Source: Macrostomum lignano
Lineage: Eukaryota
Length of the DNA: 64,000 nt
Direction of reading: 5' to 3'
Assembly (NCBI GenBank): GCA_002269645.1
Contig: NIVC01000896.1
Coordinates: forward strand, 279,487 to 343,486
The number at the start of each line of letters is the position of its first letter. The first letter of the stretch is position 1. The position numbers and the translations under genes were made by a program. The notes beneath the pieces were generated by a model. It was given only the letters and a program-made list of their open reading frames with translations. It was not told where the DNA came from and ran no database searches. Positions 50,397-60,443 of the stretch are shown one piece after another.

Positions 50397-52007
50397 TTAG
50401 TTCGCAGACATTATCTGGTTCTCATAAAAAGAACCCAATATTTCTTCACCATCCTTATCAGCAATTATATAGGTTGTAGGGTTTGTATTTAAAACTTTAC
50501 TGATGGTAAATTTCTCACTTATTTTCCAATATCCTTTTCTTCCCTTTTCAAACTTATCTTTCCATTTATAGATATAAACAGAATCACCAACCTTAAAACC
50601 TATAGTTTTCTTTTTTTCAAAATCTCCAAAAGTAACCCTAACGTTTTCAGGATTGTTATAAGCTTGTTGAGGAGTCATCTTTATCGCCGAATGATATGAA
50701 TTATTATAATCTTTCACTACGTCTGGTAATATTTTTACCCATTTTTGGTTACCATTAAGACTAAACTGAAACCACAATTTCTTACCTAAAGTTCTATTAA
50801 ATCTTTCTATTAATGCGTTTTTACTCTCTCCATAAATAGAATAAATTTTATTAATATACTCCCCATTCGCGTCCTTTTTCCTTTCTTGTCCTTTTTCAAA
50901 ATGATATAATTTATACATATGAGGATTGTAAAATTCTTTTCCTTCGTCAACACACAACCTTTCACTTTTTTCTCCAAGACTTCTAAAAGCAGCAGCAACA
51001 TCCTCTCCCTTTTTGGATTTTAAAGGAACAGCCCACGCGTATCGAGTAAAACCATCTAATATGGTTAAGATATATTTATATCCTCTTTCGTTCGGCATCG
51101 ACATTAAATCAGCATACCAAATTTCATTCTTTTTGAAGTTCATGATTTTTCTATAAAATTTAGGTTTTCGATATTCTTTATGAAGAATCTTTGCCTCATC
51201 AGAACTTAACCCGCCGCCACTTAACAACAAACACTCAACACAATTATTTCCATGTTGATTATAATTAATTCCTAAACCAAATTTAACTTTAGACTGCAAG
51301 ATCTTTTTAACCATCCACCTAGTTAATTTTTGACCTACCGATAATCCCTGCAAGTTATCTAATCCTTGAATCATTTTTTGATCGGCTTCATGTTTTAATC
51401 TTAATGCTTCCTCGGGTGTGTTCTTATCAGCATCTCTGTATGCTAAGTCATGATAGTATGCTAACCAATCAATTCCATTTATGGGAATTGAATCGGCTTT
51501 TGGGGTGTCATCAGGATTTAATCTCAAATCTAAGCGAGTGCCGGGTAGTTTACCCTCAATCTTTCGAAAGAGGCTGGAGCACACCTTAAGCGGCGATAAT
51601 TACCGCCCATCTCCGTCTGCTCTCTGAACCTTCTCCTTATATTTAAAATACTTAGGAGCTTGGCTGCGCATTGCCACCGTGTCTTCAAGCTTTTTACCTT
51701 TGGGAAGAGGAGTTACCTCTGTTCCTTCAAAAGATTTCTCAATTGAAGTGGTACTTGAAGCAGTATGACGGGTTTCACGCAATTTGGAGATGTCGCCACA
51801 AATAGTGACTAGCAAGGACATTGCCTTCCTCACTCAGGCCACGGGTTAACCTGTGAAGTTCATTGATGGTAGGTGTAGTTCCCCTGTATATTTACCAGTA
51901 GTAAAGATTGGTGGTAAGCTTGTTAATCCTTTTTGAACATCTAACAATCCTCCTTCAAACACTATTTGATCGTTCCGAAGGAACGCGAACTTCGTTCGGT
52001 TGCTCAT
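50397..52007 (-). CDS. PLA2-like domain fused to a retroviral-type integrase (~435 aa), split by a group I intron
   Basis: Exon 1 (52007-51849) ends GELHLPSMNFTG. Exon 2 (51545-50397) starts PGTRLDLRL and contains IDWLAYYHDLAY (PLA2 HD) and the integrase D-D-E motifs WYADL, LCVDEGKEF and LIERFNRTL. Confidence 0.85.
51546..51848 (-). ncRNA. Group I intron ribozyme, subgroup IC1, 303 nt, no ORF
   Basis: Core motifs P AAAUUGCGUGAAA, Q CAAUGCGCAGCCAAG, R GUUCAGAGAGCAGA and S CUUAAGGUGUGCUCC occur in order. Helices: P1 with U-G at the splice site, P3 CAUCUCC/GGAGAUG, P7 GAGCA/UGCUC, P8, P9 with a GAAA loop, and P5abc. Confidence 0.9.
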
Positions 52008-52557
52008 TTTTAATAGCCATAAAAATACATGATAGCACCAATTGTTTTGCAAACTCTTCAATGGTTGGTTGTTGAACTTTTTTATAGCGATTATCTACGC
52101 TAGTTAAGTATCTTTTATTTCTCCAATTTTCAGACTTTTTAATCTGATCATCGTCTTTGTAACTAAATGAAGAAGCAGGAATGAAATGATCAATATCTAA
52201 CTTTCCAGTATAATTTTTTGGAACATAATAATTTCTTGTGAAATTTAACCAATCAAAAAAGAATTCTTTTGTGCAACCAAGATATGAGATATAGTCCTTG
52301 TCATTAAAATTTTTCAACGCCCAATTTATTCTATTTCTAATTAAAACAATATGTTTGTAATTATCATCAGTGTGATACTTATTTTTTCTATATTCATTCC
52401 ATTTATCTTTATTGTTTTTTATCCAAATAGCAGATGAGGTATTATGACAAGATCGACAATCATTTCTAAATTTTTTTGAATCATTTCTCCAAAAATAAAA
52501 TTCTTTCGTCATCGGTTTTTCTTGTTTACACTTAGTACAAATCTTATTAGTTTCCAT
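51955..52557 (-). CDS. HNH-family endonuclease with an N-terminal CxxC/CxxC zinc module
   Basis: CTKC..CRSC, then YLGCTKEFF..LDIDHFIPASSF..ENWRN..SVDN, a pattern typical of phage and giant-virus HNH nucleases. Confidence 0.7.
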   Translation of the reverse strand: METNKICTKCKQEKPMTKEFYFWRNDSKKFRNDCRSCHNTSSAIWIKNNKDKWNEYRKNKYHTDDNYKHIVLIRNRINWALKNFNDKDYISYLGCTKEFFFDWLNFTRNYYVPKNYTGKLDIDHFIPASSFSYKDDDQIKKSENWRNKRYLTSVDNRYKKVQQPTIEEFAKQLVLSCIFMAIKNEQPNEVRVPSERSNSV

Positions 52558-52582
52558 TTTATAAAAAATAAATTTAACAATT

Positions 52583-53251
52583 AAACTCCAGTATGTCCAG
52601 CAGCTTTCGCAGCAGCTAAAACAAGTTTTCGCGGTGTTTTAAATCCATCACCAACAGCTGGTTTGTTATTTATAGAATTAACAATCCATTTATACAAGCT
52701 GGTATTTTTAACAGCTCCTCCTAACTCATCATAAAAAATTCTAGCACTTATTAATTCATCCCTAGTATATAAATCGGGTTAAATTTTACCCTAGGGTTCG
52801 TAATAATATTAAATGCTCCGCCCAATTCTCTATATAGTTCATTTCGATCTTTAACAACGTTACCAATTCGATAATTACCACCACCTAAATCTGTCACAGC
52901 AATACTAGTTGGTGCAGGTCTCGGATATTGATCAACTCCACCCCTAATCTCTTCACGTCTAATTTCTGCAACTCTAAATATTGCTTGATCAGTCTCATAA
53001 GCAGGCGGCTCATCCAAAATTTCATCCTCTTTTGGCTCCGTATTTTTAGCAATTTTTTCCAGAAGATCTTTATCTGTTTTTTCTAGTTCACTAATTTTCC
53101 CAGTAATAGGATTAACAAAAGGAGCAGCAAATCTTTCACCCGCTAATTGTATTCCTAACTTTCTTTTTTGTAAATTTCTAACAAAATCAGAATATCTTTG
53201 CTTCTCTTTATAAATCGCTAACTCTCCATCAACGTCCATAAATTGACTCAT
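52583..53251 (-). CDS. Polinton hypothetical protein (one frameshift)
   Basis: 166-aa ORF with an AAAATG start. A 1-nt shift near 52775 extends it to a stop at ~52583. Confidence 0.5.
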
Positions 53252-53285
53252 TTTTTAACATAAAAAACTTTTTTAACTTAAAAAA

Positions 53286-54758
53286 ATGGCTGAAACAAAA
53301 ACTATGTGGAGTGATAAATTTCATTTCAAAAAGCACCGACAGTATATTAATGAGGTCAGAGCAAGAGATTTAAATTATACCCTACCAACAAGTGATAATT
53401 CAAATAACTTTACTACTGGAACGGTAACTTTTGACATCGGCGCAACCAACACTATATTGGATATGAAAAATGCGTTTTTCCGCGTTAGATGGTTGTATAC
53501 TAGAAATGATGGAACTGCTCTTGCAGCCGGAGATATCGCAGATCGATCCGGAATAATAATAGAAAATGATTGGTTTTATAAATGTTTTTCCCAAGCTCAA
53601 CTAACTGTTAATGGTGCTGAGGTTGAGACATCATCAAACCCCGCAGAGATTAATGGAGTTTTGAAACATTTAAATTATACTTATTTATCAAAACAAGTTG
53701 GTGATAATGTTGGGTGGATGCCGGATAAAGGTAACGGTCAAGCAGTAGTTTTCCCTAATGTACAAAACGCAGCCGGTGCAGATACTGCAGCGCTAATTGT
53801 TTACCTTAATACAAACATAGTTCCAGTTGTAACCACTATGACTAATACAAAAGATATTAATACTGGTTTTATAGATCGTCAGAATAAATTCCCAGTCGCG
53901 GTTTTAACCACAGCAACAGCATATGAGCAGGACTTTTCAATCTTTCCACTATTTGGGTTCTTCTCACCAAATCGGGTATGGAAAGGATTAAAATTTGGGA
54001 TACAGTTGCAAATATCTGGTGGATATCAGCCTAGGATACTTTATGGAACCTCAATTTCAACCGATATAGCAGTTCGTATAGATTCAATTCAATTAGTCGT
54101 ACCAACTATTGAGGTAACAGCCCCACTTTTAAAACACATCGATAATCAGTTAACGCATGATCAGGAAATATTTTATTTGAATCGTCGACATTTTATGCGA
54201 ACCATTAATAACAATCAGGATTCATTCCAGTGGCAAATACTGACATCAAAACGTCGGGTGAGATATATTTTTGTTTGGTTTAAGATAACAAATAGAAGGA
54301 GTAAAAGAGCAAATGGGGATTTATATTGGCTTCAATCCGGTGCCATAGCAGCACAAGCAGCCACCGCAACAGACAATGCGGCTGCAGCTATTAACGAGTT
54401 TAATGTTCAGAATATCCGCCTGCAGGTTGATGATCAATATTATCCGGTTAAAGATCCTCTTAATCTAAATATTGCAAATAATAATGTTAATGATTTTATA
54501 AAATATTATCAAGATTATGCCAAAAATGAAGCGTATGCCGTCCCTCAGTACACACCCACAGAGTTTCTAAACATCCATCCAGTGGTTGTTTATGATCTAA
54601 CGGCACAGAAAGAAAACGTAGCCAATATTGGACTTAATTATATGTTAGAGATTAATAAAACCGGTAATCAGGCACTTGACGCCCACGTATTGTTTCTAGA
54701 GGAATATATGTCAATTGCTAAAGCTGATGGCACGATTGTTAGGGACGCGCCGCTGTAA
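53286..54758 (+). CDS. Major capsid protein (double jelly-roll, Polinton type)
   Basis: 490 aa, beta-rich, with the motif TVTFDI..LDMKNAFFRV..CFSQAQLTVNGAEVE. It lies next to the ATPase and penton genes. Confidence 0.8.
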   Translation: MAETKTMWSDKFHFKKHRQYINEVRARDLNYTLPTSDNSNNFTTGTVTFDIGATNTILDMKNAFFRVRWLYTRNDGTALAAGDIADRSGIIIENDWFYKCFSQAQLTVNGAEVETSSNPAEINGVLKHLNYTYLSKQVGDNVGWMPDKGNGQAVVFPNVQNAAGADTAALIVYLNTNIVPVVTTMTNTKDINTGFIDRQNKFPVAVLTTATAYEQDFSIFPLFGFFSPNRVWKGLKFGIQLQISGGYQPRILYGTSISTDIAVRIDSIQLVVPTIEVTAPLLKHIDNQLTHDQEIFYLNRRHFMRTINNNQDSFQWQILTSKRRVRYIFVWFKITNRRSKRANGDLYWLQSGAIAAQAATATDNAAAAINEFNVQNIRLQVDDQYYPVKDPLNLNIANNNVNDFIKYYQDYAKNEAYAVPQYTPTEFLNIHPVVVYDLTAQKENVANIGLNYMLEINKTGNQALDAHVLFLEEYMSIAKADGTIVRDAPL

Positions 54759-54807
54759 GCGGCGCAGGTCTCCGACCGTCGCCCCTATTTAAATTATTTC
54801 TTTAAAA

Positions 54808-55558
54808 ATGGTAAAGGCAAAACACGATAAGATATTTCCAAATGATCCTTTTCTTTGTTTAGTAATTGGTGGGTCGGGTAAAGGAAAAACACACTTTGTT
54901 TATGACCTGTTAACAACAGATGGAATGTTAGACTATAATAATTTAATAATTTATACTAATAAACCTAGAATAAAATATTATGAATTTCTTAAACATGGAT
55001 TAAAAAACAAATTAAAAAAAGATGTCTTGTTTAGAATGTTAAGAGCATATGAGCAATATGAGGATGATGACGAACCGCGATTTAATCTAGCAGACATTGA
55101 GGATTTATGTAAAACAATGGCACAACAGCCAGAAAACATCACCGATCGCCCCGAAGGGTCGCGGACTTCGTCCGATCGCGCCCAACTGTTAGAGTATCAA
55201 CCCGATTAGCCTATGATCAAATTCCAAAACATGATAAAACACTAATTATTTTTGATGATTGTATTAATGACGGTGATCAAGAATTGCAAAAGGAAATTTT
55301 TGTTAGTGGTAGAGGAGATGGAATTGGAGCTTTTTATCTAACACAGTCTTTAGAGAATTAGAATCGATTATAAAAAAGAATGCAAGTTGTTGTGTAATGT
55401 TTGATTTAGATAATTATGATTTACAAAATATTCACGCGAGATTTAATCCCGGATTGGATGCAAAACCATTTAAAAGTATGTGTAAAAAAATTTGGGATGA
55501 TAGCCAATACAAACATATTTATATCAATCCGAGGTTAGAAAGGAAAATCGAATCTTAA
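54808..55558 (+). CDS. A32/FtsK-like packaging ATPase (two frameshifts)
   Basis: Walker A GGSGKGKT. In the shifted frame come Walker B LIIFDD and VSGR..FYLTQS. Shifts near 55170 and 55348. Confidence 0.85.
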
Positions 55559-55610
55559 CAAATTTGATAAAAGAAGATAATGAGGAAGAAGAATAATTCC
55601 CACTATAAAA

Positions 55611-56396
55611 ATGACTACAAATTTAAATACTATAAAACAATTGGTAGATCGAACTAATTCAAAATTTAGTACAACATTACAGTTTATAATGACAACCAGC
55701 GAGCAACGGATTCAATTGCGCGATCCATTACAACTTGATCAAAGCCTAAGTTATCAAATAGGTTTAATACTATTTTCGGTTTTCAACATGCCTCAATTAA
55801 TTAATGCAACAAATAATCAATTTAGATATTCTAAAGATTCCGGAGCCAATTGGACAACATTTAGCGTTAACCCAGGAGCGTATAGCTATACTGATTTGAA
55901 TGCTTATATAGAAGGAGAATTAACAACTAATGGTGATTGGGTAGCAGGAGCAATTGTTATAGGTGTTGATTTACCGTCTGGCAGATTCACACTATCACTA
56001 GGATCCGGATATCAGGTTGATTTCACAATTGCAAATTCACTCAGAACCATACTTGGATTTAATTCCCGAATAGTTACCACATCAAGCACCGGTGATACAG
56101 TTGGAAATATAGAGGGTGGAGTAAATACAATTAATATAACAACCGACATATCAAACGGTGGTTATATAACAGACGATAACGGAGTTTTGGTTCAACGTGG
56201 AATTATTTATTCAATCCCATTTCTTGCTGTTCCAATTGGAGAGAAAATGATTGTATCACCTCAAACCCCAATATATTACCCATTAAATCAATATAATGTT
56301 CAATCAATTTATATTAGGATTGTAGATGAAAGCGATAGATTAATAAGTTTTGGTGGGCAGTCAATAACAGTGATTTTACGTATAAAACAGGTTTAG
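55611..56396 (+). CDS. Minor capsid (penton) protein
   Basis: 261 aa with NSLRTILGF, SPQTPIYYPL and IRIVDESDRLISFGGQSITVILRIK, typical of the Polinton single jelly-roll mCP. Confidence 0.85.
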   Translation: MTTNLNTIKQLVDRTNSKFSTTLQFIMTTSEQRIQLRDPLQLDQSLSYQIGLILFSVFNMPQLINATNNQFRYSKDSGANWTTFSVNPGAYSYTDLNAYIEGELTTNGDWVAGAIVIGVDLPSGRFTLSLGSGYQVDFTIANSLRTILGFNSRIVTTSSTGDTVGNIEGGVNTINITTDISNGGYITDDNGVLVQRGIIYSIPFLAVPIGEKMIVSPQTPIYYPLNQYNVQSIYIRIVDESDRLISFGGQSITVILRIKQV

Positions 56397-56406
56397 TACT
56401 GTAAAA

Positions 56407-56616
56407 ATGGGTAATCGAACAACATGTTCGCGTGCAAAGCACGATAATAATAATAATTTAATAAAAAAACAATCAGAAAAAGTTAAAAAAGCTGAAGATA
56501 ATTACGAACTAGAACTAGCAAAATTAAGGCAGTTACAAGCTGATAAAATAAGAAAGGAATTGTTAAAACCCACACCTACGAAACTAACTAAAACCAAGAG
56601 TTTTTCAGGAACATAA
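56407..56616 (+). CDS. Small basic viral protein starting MGNRTT
   Basis: 69-aa ORF with an AAAATG start, tightly packed between the penton and protease genes. Confidence 0.55.
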   Translation: MGNRTTCSRAKHDNNNNLIKKQSEKVKKAEDNYELELAKLRQLQADKIRKELLKPTPTKLTKTKSFSGT

Positions 56617-56617
56617 A

Positions 56618-57058
56618 ATGACCATGACGTGGGATGATTTTAAACAAAGATATGGAACAGACACAACAAGCAATATCGAATTAACAAATTGGGCGAGGCA
56701 GTTAAAAATAAAACCATTCAGATGTGTTATGCGAGATGAGATCAAAGACTTACCACAATATGGATGTTTCATTGTTAATATTGAAACAACAAAAGAAAAT
56801 GGTGTTCATTGGTCAGCAGTTTATTCAAAACCAAAACTTGTTTATTTTTTTGATTCATACGCGCTTCCTCCGTTACAGGAAATAAAAGACAAATTTAATC
56901 ATACTAAAAATCGTTTATGTGGAGATCATCACGAACAATTTCAAACCTTTGATAAAAGTTATTGCGGGCAAGCGGCGTTGTATTTTTTATATCGACTTTC
57001 GAATGAAGCTCGTGTAAACCCCGAAGTATTTAAGACTATTTTAGACTCTATAAAATAG
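56618..57058 (+). CDS. Adenain-like cysteine protease
   Basis: Catalytic H-D-Q-C set in GVHWSAV, FFDSY and QFQ..SYCG. Confidence 0.9.
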   Translation: MTMTWDDFKQRYGTDTTSNIELTNWARQLKIKPFRCVMRDEIKDLPQYGCFIVNIETTKENGVHWSAVYSKPKLVYFFDSYALPPLQEIKDKFNHTKNRLCGDHHEQFQTFDKSYCGQAALYFLYRLSNEARVNPEVFKTILDSIK

Positions 57059-57068
57059 ACAGTAAAAA

Positions 57069-59120
57069 ATGTTATTTTCTGGAACACCCTCATGGAACGG
57101 AACAACAAGTAGTGGTGGTGGTGGCACATCTGGTGGAATAAGTGTTACATTTGGAGATAATCGATATATTAATGAGGATGAAGGTTATAAAAAAACTGAA
57201 ATTGATAATAAATTAAATTTAAAAAGAAATGTTGCAGATTCCTATACCAAAACTCAAATAGATGATTCACTAAATCTGAAACGGAACGTAGCCGATTCCT
57301 ATACCAAAACCGAAGTTGATAATTCATTAAATTTAAAACGCAATACAGCCGATTCCTATACCAAAACAGAGGTTGATAATTCATTAAATTTAAAACGCAA
57401 TACAGCCGATTCTTATACCAAAACCGAAGTTGATAATTCATTAAATTTGAAACGGAACGTAGCCGATTCTTATACCAAAACCGAAGTTGATAATGGATTA
57501 AATTTAAAAAGAGATGTAACTGATTCTTATTCTCGAACTGATTCTGATTCACGTTATGTTCAAACCACCGCAACCGGAAACCTAGATATGAGCAACAACC
57601 GAATTATAAATGTTTCAATTACAACTAGTGATTCAGTGGTTGATAAGAACTATGTCGATAATCAAGTTGCCACTCGTAGTGGTAATATTAATATGAATAA
57701 TTTTAAATTAACAAATTTATTATTTGGAACAGAGAACGCAGACTCGATAACTCTAGGCCAAGTAAACGAGCGAGCTAATGCAACCGACGCCGATATTTTT
57801 ACCACGCCGCTTACATCAAATACTTCAAATCCTGATGTTGTTCTTACAGCATCTGAAAATGGCAACACAGCTTTTCGAGTTGGAGATGGAAGCCTTGCGA
57901 CACAATGGTCACCAAATACCGGAACCACAACCAATATGGAAATTCAATTTGAATTTTTAGGTTATAATAGAAGAATATTTGAATTAAGAATTACAGGCAG
58001 TGAAACAATTGAGATACCCTCGGGGTGGTCGGTTCGCGCAAAAAATGTTGCTACCGATTCATGGACGACATTAACTACGTCGGGATCACCAGTTCAAGCA
58101 ACATCATTTGCTCTATCTAATTTAACGACTAATTTTTGGAAATATTATAGCGTATTCTTCCCAACTGGTGGTACCGGTACACAACCTATCGAGGTTCGTC
58201 AAATACAATTATTTGAACACCGTGTTGAAATTCAAGATCTTAATTGGCCAACTCAAATACTTTCTGCAGTTCCGCGAGCGTACGTAGATCAGCTAGCTAC
58301 TCCAACATCAAATGGTAGAATGTCTGGAAGCGATAAAAATAAATTGGATGGAATACCTGCTATTGATGCGGCCTTGTTCGAACCAGTAATTTGCAATTGG
58401 TCTGGATATCAAAATCCAACAACCGCCGGAGATATATATCCAGTCGGTTCTTTAATTGGTGACGCTTCTTATATCGATTATCAAAATGGAGCTAGAATTA
58501 CTCGTGAAACCGCAGTGTAAGTGGGCTTTACAATTAATTTCACACATTTTCAAAATATATCTGCGTCTTTCTTTTTCCGAGTTGCTAATGCTACAGGAGA
58601 TGGTGCAGATGCGGTTTGGTTTTATGCATACTGTCACCAACGTCCAACATCGGAATTTGGACTGGATTATCAACCGACGCCGGATTGATAGTTTTTGCAA
58701 GTGAGTGGCATGATAGGTTTGGAGTTGTTTGGAGTAATAAAAAATCAGACGGATCTACGGTTCGTAACGATGTTAGTAGTGATGCGGATCAAACTGTAGC
58801 CTATGCTAATATTGATAACGGCGATTGGCATTTTTTGAATTAATATTTTAAATCAAAGGGTTTGGTACCGATTACAGTCATACAATGTTGCTGGTGATTC
58901 TTTTACCCTCATTGGACAGAACGTTTTCACATATGATAGTGGAACTTGGGGAACTTTAGATAAATCTGGAACCCTTATGGGTTTTGGTGCTCGAACTGGT
59001 GGAGCGGATGCTGCACATTTTATTCGTGGTGCGTTGTATGTGGTAGTACGTCGTTTGGTTATGTTTTTCCCTCTACTGCTTATTTGGAAAAACCTCCTAC
59101 TCAAATATAAAATATTTATA
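57069..59120 (+). CDS. Fibre/spike-like protein with 19-aa repeats, a discoidin-like domain and a frameshifted LamG-like C-terminal part
   Basis: Six units of LNLKRNxADSYTKTEVDNS, then GNLDMSNNRIINV and GDGSLATQWS..PSGWSV. Broken frames beyond 58520 include DNGDWHF. The region after 58520 may be a separate gene. Confidence 0.6.
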
Positions 59121-59122
59121 TA

Positions 59123-60428
59123 CGAGGGACACTCCAAAAGTTTTGCAATTCAACCACTTGCGCAAGTCGCACAATCTTCAAAATCAACCCTCTGTACAAT
59201 AAACATGTACATAGTCCCCACCTCAATTTTTTAGTAATTTCATACATATATGCCTGCTCAGCCCCCAGTCAAAGTCAGTGACTCCTTAACCTGTACTGCT
59301 GCGGCCATGGAATTTGAATCGTGAGCAGAATCGGCTACTAATTTGGTACTGCCACAAGCGAAAGCTCACGGCGCTTGAGACTCATGCCGAGCTACTAGCA
59401 ACATTGGAGGCTCAAGCACCGTCATATGCTACGGTTACACGCTGGTACCGCGAGTTCCAGGCCGGCAGGACCAGCTTTTCTGACGACCCCCGGCCCGGGA
59501 GACCTCCGACAGCAGCGACGGAGGAAAACATCGCTGCAGTGCAGGAGCTGATCCATCAGGATCCGCGAATCACCACGGACACGTTAGCTATGAATGTTGG
59601 CATCGGATCGGCAGCGGTCGATACGATTCTACACGATCACCTCAGAGTCAGGAAGCTTTGTGCCCGATGGATACCCCACATCCTGACAGATGCTCAGAAA
59701 CAGGCCCGCATGGAGTTCTGTCAGTTTCTCATCGATCGATATGAGCACGGGAGCCATCAGCGCCGCTCTGAAGTCATCACTGGTGATGAGACGTTTCTCT
59801 ATCATTTTGACGTCGAGACAAAGCGCAGCAGTGCAGAGTGGGTGCCGGAAGGTGGGCAACGACCCCTGAAAGCAAGGCGGTCCCGGTCCCAGGGCAAGCG
59901 ATGTTTGCCATCTTCTTCGACTCACAAGGCGTGGTGGCGATGGCGAAGCTGGAGGGTCAAGCTACAGTCACTGCTCGATGGTAACTGAAGAGTGCTTGCC
60001 TGTCGTGATCGACAGCGTGACCCAGAGGGCACCAAGGACGGAATGCGAGGGCGGAAGCTTCACCATGACAACGCCCCCGCCCACACACGGCTGCTGCAAC
60101 TCGAGCGTTCCTGGACCAAGAGGGCATTGCAACGTACCACACCGCCCTACTCACCAGACCTCGCCCCCTGCGACTTCTGGCTCTTTCCAGAAATCAAAAA
60201 GTCGCTTAGGGGTGCAGGTTTCAGTCCGACGAGGAGCTGGAGCAGGCGGCGAAGGAGGCGACTGACGGCATCCCAATTGAAGAGTTCCAGGGCCTCATGA
60301 ACAAGTGGCTCGGAAGAGCGCACAAGTGTTTGCAGTTCCGCGGGAGCCTACTTTGAAGGATTGTAATAGAAAAGTTTAGCAGAATTAACTTTAAATAGTC
60401 GAATTGCAAAACTTTTGGAGTATCCCTC
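59123..60428 (+). mobile_element. Mariner (DD34D) transposon with a frameshifted transposase, inserted in the Polinton
   Basis: TIRs GAGGGACACTCCAAAAGTTTTGCAATTC / GAATTGCAAAACTTTTGGAGTATCCCTC with TA flanks. Motifs WIPHILT, ITGDET, HHDNAPAH and YSPDLAPCDFWLF. Confidence 0.9.
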
Positions 60429-60443
60429 TAAAATTTGTATAAA

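Noticed and set aside
51529-51849. Spliceosomal or group II interpretation of the PLA2 insert
   Set aside because: The nearest in-frame GT-AG pair would delete GPGTRL. There is no GUGYG start or domain V, while all group I core helices are present.
55157-55191. 35-nt GT-AG micro-intron that would repair the ATPase frame
   Set aside because: The frame fits, but a single missing base explains it equally well and such indels are common here. Not supportable without cDNA.
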